Assembly (NCBI GenBank): GCA_013239625.1
Contig: MU053334.1
Span: 569,190 to 633,189, forward strand
Direction: 5' to 3'
DNA from: Lama guanicoe
Lineage: Eukaryota
DNA: 64,000 nt
The notes under the pieces were generated by a model. That model worked only from the letters and a program-made list of their open reading frames with translations, was not told the origin of the DNA and did not search any database. This document shows, one piece after another, positions 1 to 10,869 of the stretch. The position numbers were made by a program, and so were the translations under genes. Each line of letters opens with the position of its first letter. The first letter of the stretch is position 1.

Positions 1-519
1 GCCTGCCGCGTGGTCCTGCCCACACAAGGGAATGGCAGCCGCAGGATCTACCTTTACGGAGCTCCTGCCCCACCACGGGCTGAGGTGCTCAGCTCCCGGG
101 GAATGTGGGGGCTGGGGGCCCCGAGAGGAGGGCCTGGGGTCTCTTTAGGGCCATTCCTACGCACCTCACTGAGGTCTGGTCAGGGCAGGCTGGCCTGGGC
201 CGGAGATGGTCCAGGAGGGTGGACAAGGTTGCAGGTACAATGCAAGTGAGGCTGGCCGCCCGCCTTGGCCACCACGAGGGGCAGCTTCTGTAAGCTGACC
301 CTGTGTGTCCCAGTCTGGTCCCAGGGGGGCTGTGGCCAGGTCACACCCAGCCTTAGCCTTTGTTAATCTGCGTGCAAAACAACAGCACTTCCTAACCCTC
401 ACTCACTCTCAGGGCACGGCTGTTTCGATAATGATCCACATGCCTCTTACCAACTAGGCGTGTTTCCACGGCGCCTGGAATGTGAGTGCTCGTGTCTCAA
501 GTACGTGATGTGCCTTCCA

Positions 520-690
520 CGTGCCAGGGCATCATCTAATTTAGTCCTGAGAGCCACCCCATGGCACGTGTGCCGCTATTTCTCCCACTGTACAGGTGGG
601 GAAGCTGAGGCACGGAGCCACGCAAAGACTCGCGTCCGTAACGTGTGGGCGGGGCTCAAGTCCAGGCAGCCTGGCTCCAGAGCCCACAAG
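520..690 (-). mobile_element. MIR SINE remnant
   Basis: cccactgtacaggtggggaagctgaggcac...gggctcaagtccaggcagcctggctccagagccc resembles the MIR core. Confidence 0.65.
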
Positions 691-959
691 GCCAGCCACA
701 AGCCTCTACTGCCGCCTTGTGGGGGCCGCAGCAAAAACCAGTACGGTGAACAAAGACAAAGCAATGTCACTTAAACTTCAAATATTTTTTAGAAAGGATT
801 TCTGGTTTCCAGGCGGGAAAGTGGGCGTGTCTTCTCCCACAGAGACAAAAACTATGACAAAGAAAGAAACTGTGATATGATGGCCCCTGAAAACAAGGCA
901 GTGGACGACCTGCAAAGCTGACGGGCATCCCGCAGAGGAGACGGCGGGGAAGCCCTGGG

Positions 960-1350
960 GCGGCGTCTGGTCAGCGATCATCGCGATGATCTTCAGAACA
1001 AAGACACGAGCTCTCGGCTGAAAGTTCTCCGGGATCTCTGAGCGAGAGTAGGAATGAACCTGCTCCTGGACCCTCGCGGGGGAGGTTTCAGGGTCTCAAG
1101 GCAAAGAGACGCCTCGGAGCGACCAGGAAGGCCAGGCAGGGACCCACACGGGACCAAGAGTCAGGCTGGGGCGGGCTTCTCGCCGGTACCCTGGCCGCGA
1201 GGAGGCTGCGGCGCAGCATTTTCAAAGTACGAGGGAAGACGACTTTGAACAGCGAATTCCACACCCAGGTAAACGACCATCTAAGAGTGCCAACGAGAAA
1301 GGGGCACTTCCGACATGGAGATCCTGCTGGACTCAGAAAGCTGAGGTCCC
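960..1350 (+). mobile_element. Ancient L1 ORF1 3' remnant, GC-drifted
   Basis: Frameshifted translation at 1160-1285 (VRL..FS..TLAARRLRRSIFKV/REDDFEQRIPHPGKRPSK) matches the L1 ORF1p motif IRL.DFS..TLEARRQW..IFKVLRE..F.PRILYPAKLSFK. Confidence 0.75.
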
Positions 1351-1663
1351 ACTGACCCTGTGCCAGAGAGCTGCCGAGGGGGTCGGGGCCCACCGAGGAG
1401 AGACGGTGAGCCCTGGGTGGCGCGGCCGGATGACCACAGCTGCAGTGAGCACGGGGTCAGCCACCCGGACACCCCGGGACACGTCGAGAAGACGCCAGCA
1501 GATCTGACGCTGAGGTTCAAGATGTCGATGAGTGTGAGTCTGTGCTCTCCCTCACGGTCAGCGCTCCCTGGTCTTCTTTCAGGAGCCTTCCCTGCCCTGG
1601 GATCAGAGACAGGGTCTTCGGGATTCTTTCCTCCACAGCGCTACGGTTTTGTCTTCTGCCCAG

Positions 1664-4600
1664 TTTTTTTTTTTCTTTTTTCTTTTTTTCTTTTTTTTGC
1701 GGTAAAGCACACATAGAATTTGCCGTCTTTACAGCACAAGTCAGTAACATGCGTGTCCTCACGTTGTTCTGCAACCATCTCTGTGATTCGCCCCATCTCC
1801 TCAAGCTGAAGCCCTGGCCCCTCTGCACACTCTCCCCCAGGCTCCCCTCTCCCCACCCCAGCACTACCTCCTGTCTGTGATTTGGTCGACACCGCAGACC
1901 TCGTGCAAGTTAAATCAACAGCAGTTCTCCTTTTGTGTCTGGTTTATTTCACTGACCATAAGGTTCATCTCAAGGTTCATCCAGGTGGCAGCCTGTATCC
2001 TTTCTAAAGGCCCGATAATACTGTTTAGACACCATTTTGTTTATCCATTCATCCTTCGACGGACACTCGGGTTGCTTGCCTCTTTTGGCTGTGGTGAGTA
2101 ACGCTGCTATGAATGTGGGTGTGCAAGCACCTCTTTGAGGCCCTGCTTTAATTTCTCTTGGATGTACACCCAGGAACTGCTGGGTCATGCGGTAGTTCTA
2201 TTTTTACTTTTTTGAGGAACTGCCGTACTGAGTTCCACAGTGACTGCATCACTTCACATTCCCACCAACGGTGTACTTGTACAAGGGGTTTAACTTCTCC
2301 ACATCCTTGCAAGCACTTGCGATCTCCTGGTTTTTGAGAGCGGCCACCCCGGTGGGTGAGAGGTGGCACCTCACGGCGGCTGCGGTTCGCGTCCCCCTAG
2401 TGGTTAGTGATACTGGGCAACTCGCCATGTGCTATGGGTCATTTGCATGTTTTCTTTGGAGAAACGTCTAGTCAAGACCTTTGCCCACTGGTCTTTGTTA
2501 ATCAGTTGTAGGAGTTCTTTACATAGTCTAGATATTGACCCTTTATCAGATAACGATTTGCAAATGGATCTTCCCCTTCTGTGGGCTGCCTTTCTCACTC
2601 TATGGGTCGTACTTTTTGATGCACAAAAGTTTAAAGTTTTCATGAAGTCCAATTTGTCTACTTTTTCTTTTGTTACCTGTGCCCCTGGTACACTGTCCAA
2701 GAAATCACTGCCAAATCCAATGTTGTGAAGATCTTGCCCTACGTTTTCCTCCAAGATGTTTATTGTTTCAGCTCTTACGTTTAGGTCCTTGGTCCGTTTT
2801 GCACTGATTTTGCACGTGGAGCGAGGCCAGGGTCCAGCTTCCTTCTTTCACCTGTGGGTACCCGGTGCTCCGTTTGTTGAAAGGCTGTCCCCTCCCCATG
2901 AAGTGGTGGTGGCACCCTCACTAAACGTCACTTGACCGCACGTGTGAGGCTGCCTTTCTGGGCCCTCTATTCTGTCACATTGGTCTGTATTTGTCTCTAT
3001 GCCAAGACCACACTGTTTTGATTACTTATCTTTTGTTGTAAGTTTTGAAACCTCCAGGTTTGTTTTTCTTTTTCAAGATTGTGTTGACTATTCACGGTGC
3101 CTTGAGGCTCCATATGAATTTTATAACGGGTTTTTCTATTTCTGCAAAAAAAAAAAAAGTCATTGGGATTTTGATAGGGGTTGCCCTAAACCTGTAGATC
3201 ACTTTGGGTGATATTGCATTTTAACAACACTGTCTTTCCATCAATGGACGTAAGATGTATTTCCATTTCCTTATGTCTAACTTCTTTCAGCAACGTTTCA
3301 TAGTTTTCATTGTGCAAGTATTCCATCTCCTTAATTCCTAAGTATTTTATTCTTTTTGATGATATTGCAAATGGGGTTGTTTTTGTAGTTTCCTTTTCAT
3401 ATAGTTCATTGTTCATTTGTAGAAACGCAGCTGATTTTTATGTGTTGCCTTTGTATCCTGCTACTTAGCTGAGTGTGTTTATTAGTTCTAACAGCTGAGT
3501 CTTCTACATATAAGGTCATATTATCTGCAAACAGAGATGGTTTTACTTCTTCCTTCCCAGTGTGGACACTTTCACTCCCTTTTCTTGCCTAATTCCTCTG
3601 GCTAGAACTTGCAGTACTATGTTGAACAGAAGCGGTGAGAGCAGGCATCTTTGCCTTGTTCCTGATTTTAAGAAGAAAAGCTTTCAGTCTTTCTCCATTG
3701 AGTATGTTTCTTGCAGGTTTTATTTTCATATATGGGTTTTAATACATGGAGTAGTTTCCTCCTATTTTGTTGAGTTTTTTTAATCACGAAAGGGTGTTGA
3801 GTTTTGTCAGATGCTTTTTCTGTATCCATTGCAACGACCGGGTGGCTTTCCCTCCGTTCTGTTAACGTGCTGTACTATGCTGGTATTTTCATAATGCTGA
3901 GCCATCTCTGCAATCCAGGAATAAATCTCGCTCGGTCATGCTTCTCAACTGGCTTGCTAACACTTTGCTGAGGATTTCCACACCAGTGTTCACAAGGGAC
4001 ACTGGTCTGCAGTTCTCCTGTGGGGTATGTGTCTGGTTTCGCTGTCAGGTACTGCTGCTTCATGGAATGAGTTAGGAAGTGTTCCCTCGTATTCAACTTT
4101 GGGGAAAATTTACAAAGGATTGGTATTGGTTCTTCTGTAACAGCCTGGCAGAACTCACGAGTGACGCCCGCAGGTCCACGGCTTCCTGTGTCAGGAATTT
4201 CTGATTACTGACTCAGTCTCCTTACTGGTCACACATCTTCTCAGACTTCCTGTTTCCTCATGGTTTAGTCTTGCTGTGTCTTGGAACTTGTCCCCTTCAC
4301 CCAGCTTACCCAGTCTGTCGGTGTACATGTTCACAGCGCTCTTACCATCTTTTCTGTTTCTGCACAGTCAGTAGTAACGTCCCTCTTTCGTCTCTGGTTT
4401 TACCAACGTGGCTCCTTCCTCTCTGCCCCTTAGCCCATCTGGCTGAAGGTTTGTCAACTTGACTGATCTTTTTGAAGAACCAACTCTTGGTTTCACTGGG
4501 GTGTTTTCCGAGTCTCTGTTTTGTCTCTGCTTCAGTCGTTAGGATTTCCCTCCTTCCACCGCCTTCGGGCTTAGCTCGCTTTTCTTTCTCTAGGCCTTTA

Positions 4601-5335
4601 AGACGCAAAGGTAGATGGCTGGCGTACGACCTCCCTGCGTTTCGGTGTAAGCATCTGTAGCTGTCACCTTCCCCTCCCCACCGCTTTCACTCCGCCCCGT
4701 GAATTTTGGTACGTTGTGTTTTCATTTTCATCTCTACATATTTGCTGATTCCCCTTGTGATTTTTGTCTTTGACTCACTGGCTGTTTAAAAGTGTGTCGC
4801 TTAATTTCCAATCTTGTGAATCTTCCAGTTTTCCTTCGGTTATTATTGATTTTTAACTTCATCCTGCTGTGGTCAGAGAACATACGTTCTACAATACCTG
4901 TCTTTTAAATTCATGGAGACAATTTATGGCCCAACATAGGTCCTATCCAGAAAAACGCCCTGGGTGCACCTGAGAATGTGTACCTGTTGCTGGGTAGTGT
5001 TATCTATGCTAAACCTAGTTGGGTTATGGTGTTTTAAGTCCTCTGTTTACTTATCTTCCGTCTGGTTGTTGTACCCATTATCAGGAGTTGGGGACTGAGG
5101 GCAGTTCTGTAAAACTGTCCGTTTCTCCTCTCAATTTTGTTATTTTTGCTTCATGTATTTTGATAGTCTGTCAATAGGTGCATAAATGTTTATACTTGTT
5201 GTATCTTCTTGCTGTATTGATACTTATTAATAACATCCTTCTTTGTCTCTTGTAAACTTTAAAAATTTAAAGTCTGTTTTATCTGATATTGGCAGAGCCA
5301 CCCCATTGTCTTTTGGTTACTATCTGAATGGAATC
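1664..5335 (-). mobile_element. L1 (L1MB-like), 3' end plus degraded ORF2
   Basis: Poly(T) at 1664-1698; L1MB-type 3' end; ORF2 fragments such as CTPTFIAALLTTAKRGKQPECPSKDEWINKM and KTTPFAISSKRIKYLGI. Confidence 0.92.
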
Positions 5336-5385
5336 ATTTGCTTTGCATTAGTTTCCTTAATTATGCAGGCCCAGCGTCCAGGGTT

Positions 5386-6128
5386 TGTGTGGCCCCCCAA
5401 GCACCTAGGAGGCGTGGGGAAACCAAGGCAGCAGGGCCAGAACCGGCTGCCAGGGGCCCTCCAGCCCATCTTGGTGAGGAGTCAGGGCCTCCTGGGCAGG
5501 CTGAAGACGAACAGTCATCCGGCCACTGGAGGGCAGAGGCACTGAGTGCTGGGCCAGGACCTCCATGTACGGACAGCAGCACCTGCCACCGAGGCGGGAA
5601 GCCCCATAAAAAAAACCAGCAGGGCCTCCAAGCAGGGCCACTACTCTCCTGCCAGCACCACCTGGTTCCCTGGCCCAGTGGCTCTATCTCACTTTTTGCC
5701 TCTGAAACGGCTTGCTTACTCCTAAAATTCTATTGGTTCCCTGAGCTCACTTCTGATTGGTTATTTCCTTCACTCCTGATTGGTTATTACTCTCACTTCT
5801 GATTGGTCCACTTGTAGTACTTCATTTGCATGGAGTTCACTCCTGATTGGTTATTTCTCTCACTCCTGATTGGGCTATTTCTACAAAGCTTGTTCCTGGT
5901 TGGTCAACTTCTGTTATACTTTATTTGCATATGATGTTGCAAAGTGTAAAACCGGCAGCCTATAAACGCCTGTGTAAACCTACAGACGGGGTCCAGAGCT
6001 TGGAGTGTTAACTCCTCTGGGCCAGCCAGCGTAATAAACCTGAGTTCTCCAGCTCTCTGAGTGCTGCTTGGTCTCTCGCCCAGATCCAGGTTGCTGTCAC
6101 AACTGAGCTGTAACACTGAGCTATAACA
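5386..6128 (+). mobile_element. Solo LTR (ERV1-like) with CCAAT/octamer array; 5' boundary uncertain
   Basis: Six ATTGG boxes 5732-5873, two ATTTGCAT, TATAAA 5961-5966, AATAAA 6033-6038, terminal ...TAACA at 6128; possible degraded TSD ggtt/cgtt. Confidence 0.8.
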
Positions 6129-8583
6129 CGTTTTTCTACACCACCACCTCAGAAGCCCCTCTGCTGGTGCCAGGGGGGAGTCTAGATCTGTGATGGGGAC
6201 CCTCGGAGCCCCCCATCTGCAGAGCCGGCCTACTCCTCGCTGACCTCCGCAAGCCGGGGAGTCCCATGACTGAGGAGGGTCAGCATGGAGGCCGGGGTGG
6301 GGCGGTCCCTGTTGTGCAGGAGGGGGTGACTCCCAGCTGCGGGAGCTGGGAAAGCACCTCAGGGTCTGACAAATTCTGAATCTGCTGGTGGGGCGGGTGA
6401 CTGGAGAGTCTACGACATGGGAGTGAATGCCCTTGCAGCTGCTGGGCCGGCTCTGGGGAAGTCAGACCCTCAGCAGGACCCAGGGGACACCGCACAGATG
6501 AAGGCCTGCACTGCCGAGAACCGAGAGCTGCAGAGTGGCTGCACTCTGAGATGTGGCTGAAGGTGGCAGGGGTCATTGGGGTCTGGTCCCCAAGCAGCAG
6601 GGGCAAGGGAGTGGGGGCTGAGGTTCCCCCAGGAGCAAAAGGCCAGAAGCACTCACATGCCCTGAGCCGTGGCTCCCTGTGGTGACTGGGGCAAGCTGGA
6701 CGGGCAGCCGACAAGATGTGTACACAGAGCAGAATCCAATGACCACGCAGACAGCTGTCACCCTCCTCGTGGGGGCCTCGGCCCACCCCCAGCGCCCAGA
6801 CCCAGGCAGTCCTCAGACGAGAACCACTGGCCAGAGGACACCAGGGCAAGTGTCTGGAGCGGTGAGCCCCCAACCCCTCCTGGGGGACCCACAGCATTCA
6901 CTCCCAGGATAGAGGGGCCACCACTGACACCATGGACCCAAAGCACCACCAAGGCCCCTCTAAAATTGGGGCTTAAGGGGCCAGCTATGCACTGGTCACT
7001 TCCCTGACCAGGATGGACAGGCTGAGCTGCTGGCAGAAGCTGCCCACTGACTCCCCTGCCGTCAGTGACTACTGCTGTGGCAGGAGGGGCCGGTGGGAGC
7101 CCTGATCCCATGCCCCCTCAACCCCCAGAACCCCACCTGGGGCGGAGTGGCCCAGAGCACCTAAAGGAAGGGAGCGTCTCCACCACCGTGGCCCGGTTAA
7201 CCCGCCTGCCAGCGCCCGCACAGCCGGCCCGACCCCGGCTGCGTAGGGCCCAGAGTCCTTGTGTCCCGTTGTCCAGGCCCCAGAGCACCACCGCTTCATG
7301 CTGGGTCCACACTCAACGCAGACTCACCTCATGTTCCCTGGGGCTCACCTGAGTCCCGACCAGAGGCGCCAGCTGTCCCCTGGCCCCCCCGGGCCCTGCG
7401 TCCAGTGCGCGACTTCGGCCCCGCTGGGTCACTCCCCCCAGCAACGTCCACCCTGCTAACAAGGTACCTGTCAAGGGACTGCCTCCAGCAGCTCCATTTT
7501 CACTCCTAACAGCTCTATCTGCTGGTTCTGCGTTTCTGTGCTTTGGAGTCTCCATCTTTGCTTGCACTTTGTATTTATCGTTTTCATGACACTAAGTTGT
7601 CATGTGGTTCAAAGGAAAACTGGCTGCTGCGATCCCCGGGGGCCTGGCTCTGTGGCCGCGTCCTCCTGTGCTGGCTGAGCCAATGAGTGGCCACTCCGTA
7701 TCTCAGCTGGAGCCCTGAGGCCACCTCGGGCTCCTCCAGGACAAGGTGCCCTTCCTTCTACCAACCAGGCTTCTCCCTTGAATTTCCGGGGCTACGGGCA
7801 GTGTAGGCTGAGGCCCACAATGGGGAAGGCTGTGACCCCACCCCTTGTTCTAGGCTGAGCGCCTGCCGTGGGCTGGCCTGGGACACAGTGTCAGCAGACG
7901 AGCCCGTCCCCGACGCGGTGGACACCTAGGAAGCTCGCTCGGCCTGGGCCCGGGCTGCTGGGGAGAAGGGCCCCTTGCCTCTCAGTGTTGTGTACGGCAC
8001 TCACACTTCCACAACGTGGGAGCCTGACCAAGGGCGGCCGGGGTGGGCTCCCCACAACCCTCCACCTGGGCTGTGCAATGTCTTCAGTGAGGACAGCGTT
8101 TCCGCTGGAGGAATGGCTGCTGAATTCGGGGCGGGGCCAGGGACAGGACACACCTGACTGCGTCCACCCACTTCCACACGCGTGCCCCCCGCCCGGCCAC
8201 CCCCAGTGCACCCCTGGGGCACGAGCCTGAGCCAAGTCCCGCTTGGGGTCCGGCTCCAAGAGGTGGGGTCGTGGGGCCCTCTCAGACGGGAAGCGCCTTG
8301 TGGCCCGTGCTCCGTCCCTGCTCCCACATCCAACGGCCTGGAGAGAACCACAGACAGGCCCGCGAGAAGCAGCACAGCGCCGCCCTCCGTGCTCCGCGCT
8401 CGGCGTGAACCTCTCAGGCTCATGTTTGGAACCCAGCCTTGCTCCCCGCCTGCGTCCAGTGTGCTGGCGGGCTTACGCCGACCGCTGCGCCCCTGCTTGT
8501 CGTGACCCAGGCTGAAAGCACACAGCAGAACCACCGGCGGACTTTCCCTGGAGGACTTGACGTCTCTGTTTTCACACAGACCG

Positions 8584-8589
8584 TTTATT
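8584..8589 (-). terminator. Distal poly(A) signal AATAAA of TOLLIP
   Basis: Plus-strand tttatt; on the minus strand it is preceded by a U-rich tract (tgtaaaatgtgtttttactc...taattt) inside otherwise GC-rich DNA. Confidence 0.75.
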
Positions 8590-9751
8590 AAATTAGAAGA
8601 CTGAGAGTAAAAACACATTTTACAATCCAAGAGGAATCTGGACATTGGACCCCAACAGAATGATCAGAAACGCAAAGCTCTGAGGACCATTTCGGCAGCC
8701 ATCGCACAGCAGACGCCCCAGGGCCCGTGACAGGGCGCGGAGCGGGGACGGGGGAGGGGCTGATGGAAATGCTTCTCTCCTCACCAACACGGCCAGACTG
8801 GACCCAGAGCAATCGTCAGAGCAGCAACAACCTGCAAGGCACTGCGGCCCCCGGACCCAGCATCTGCGGGCGCCCAAGCCTGGGGAGGCCTCCCTGAGGG
8901 GCTGCACCACCCACGACACAGGGCCCGACTGTGACCACGGCAGATGGGAGTCTGATTTAACTAACAAAGGCTTCACACCACGTGCGCCCTGTGATGTGCG
9001 ACGGAAGCAGCGTCCACAGGAAGGGAGGTGCGGTGGCAGGTTTGGGGCCTGTCCTGAAGCCACGCCCCCCTTCCCCCACAAACAGAGGCCCCAGGGGCCG
9101 CATGTATGCGAGCAGGCAGGGCGCGCCTGTGCCCTGCAGTCACCACCTAACACCAGGGCCACCGCCGCCCATCCAGTGCTCTCGAGCATCAGAGGGCCAG
9201 TCTGCAGCAAGGCACAGGTGGTCCAAACCCAACCCCCAACGCAGCTCCCCACCCAGGGCCACCGCCCGGACAGCAAGCCTGATGCACCCCTCGGGGGCAG
9301 AAAGCAGCCTTTCTGGCCGACATCACACCTAGCCTGTGCGTGCAGGCGCAAGGCCCAAGTTCAGGTCCTGACTCCCTCTGCCGACCTTGCACAGAAATCC
9401 ACGCTGCGGAGATCCACCTCCGTGTCCAAAGGCTGGGCGCCTCCAAGGACGGAGCAGGGGCCACGTGCGTCTCCCAAGCACCCGTGTTATTCTAAGGGCA
9501 TCGCTTTCGAGACACTTCTCAGGTATCTGATTCTCGTGAATGTCACCCAGCCTGCCCCAACCTCTGCGTCCGAGGCCGCAGCCGGGCCAGGGTGCGGCCC
9601 GCACAGCACGGGCACCACCCGCCTCTAGGGAAGACTTCAGATGCCCATGGTCACCAAACGTCCTCCCTGTCATCCAGACTGAGCGACAGCACGGGGGCCC
9701 CACGTGCTCTTAAATTAACATCAGCAGTGAGCCAGCGGTTCCTAAATGCCC

Positions 9752-9757
9752 TTTAAT
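9752..9757 (-). terminator. Candidate proximal poly(A) signal ATTAAA
   Basis: Minus strand reads ctttgttttgtttATTAAAgggcattt, with a U-rich upstream element. Confidence 0.5.
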
Positions 9758-10258
9758 AAACAAAACAAAGTACTGGACCGACTTCTCACACCTGCAGCCT
9801 CAGGTTCTGCAGCAAGAGGGGGTCACAGCAAGGGGCTGCAACCCCTGCCTCTCGGAAGCACGCTGCGCAGACTCAGTGTGAAACAGCAGGAGAGACTTCA
9901 GGGGCCTCCAGAGCTGAGGACAACGGCTCTGCACGCCCGCGGGCGAGGCCAGCCCAGACCCTGGTCAGCAGGCCACAGAGCACACCGAGGGAAGGAGAGG
10001 CGCCCTCAGCCTGAAAGTTCTAACAATAACCCCAGGCCAGCTGCTCGTGGACTCTACGTGCCTTAAACTCACGAGTCTCCCGGCTCAGGTGGCGTCATCG
10101 CAGGCCAGCAATCAAACCGGAGGCGGCTCAGCGCTAAGGCCCTGGCGGGACAGATGCTCCCAGGAGAGCCTCCCGGGCGGCGTGAGGGGGAACACACGTG
10201 CCCGGGGGCGGGAAGCCAGCGAGGGTACACGGGACACGCCACGGTCGGCTCTTCTCCG

Positions 10259-10640
10259 ATGTGAAGCAAGAGGGAAGCCACCCACCCAACCCAATCGACG
10301 CTGAGAGCAGCTGTGGGATGAAGACCACATGCACCGACAAGGGAGGGGATGGGGACGCGGACGTTGGGGGGGGGGGACACGGCGCTTTCACAGGAATCGG
10401 CTTGGGGCGGGGCTCCCGGGGACGCCTGGCCCACGGGTCCGGGCTGCAGATGTGAAGCAAGAGGGAAGCCACCCACCCAACCCAATCGACGCTGAGAGCA
10501 GCTGTGGGATGAAGACCACATGCACCGACAAGGGAGGGGATGGGGACGCGGGCGGTGGGGGGGGGTGACACGGCGCTTTCACAGGAATCGGCTTGGGGCG
10601 GGGCTCCCGGGGACGCCTGGCCCACGGGTCCGGGCTGCAG
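10259..10640. repeat. 191-bp direct tandem duplication (10259-10449, 10450-10640)
   Basis: Two copies identical except for 3 substitutions inside one 16-nt G-rich stretch. Confidence 0.97.
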
Positions 10641-10657
10641 CGAGGCACGGGGCGCAT

Positions 10658-10869
10658 CTAGGACTCCTCGCCCATCTGAAGCAGGGAGTTGATGGCGGCG
10701 TCCCGGCTGCCTCGCTGGGCCTCCAGCACGGAGCGGATCACCTCCCGGTCCATGTTGGGGAACATGTCCTGGATGGCTCTCAGGTCCTCCTCGTTACAGC
10801 GGGGCTGGGCGCTCACGGCTGGGGGCAGGGCCATGGGCACCATGCCGGGGCTGCAGACGGCGGGCATCC
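10658..10869 (-). CDS. TOLLIP: TOLLIP coding exon 6 (CUE ubiquitin-binding domain) to stop
   Basis: cttgcag|GG acceptor completes the phase-1 Gly codon; CUE MFP and LL motifs ([30 protein letters not shown]); TAG at 10660-10658. Confidence 0.98.

Larger units (their letters stand above)
8560..10657 (-). other. TOLLIP: TOLLIP 3'UTR (end approximate)
   Basis: Runs from the stop codon to an AATAAA signal in an AT-rich patch at 8584-8589. Confidence 0.75.

Noticed and set aside
5730..5880. Regularly spaced ~23-bp repeats superficially like a CRISPR array
   Set aside because: Mammalian DNA, no unique spacers and no cas genes; it is an LTR U3 enhancer repeat.
1..8500. Expected 3' exons of neighbouring MUC5B (and BRSK2 at the far end of the window)
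   Set aside because: No cysteine-knot/VWC mucin exons or kinase exons are recognisable; both genes presumably lie outside the window.
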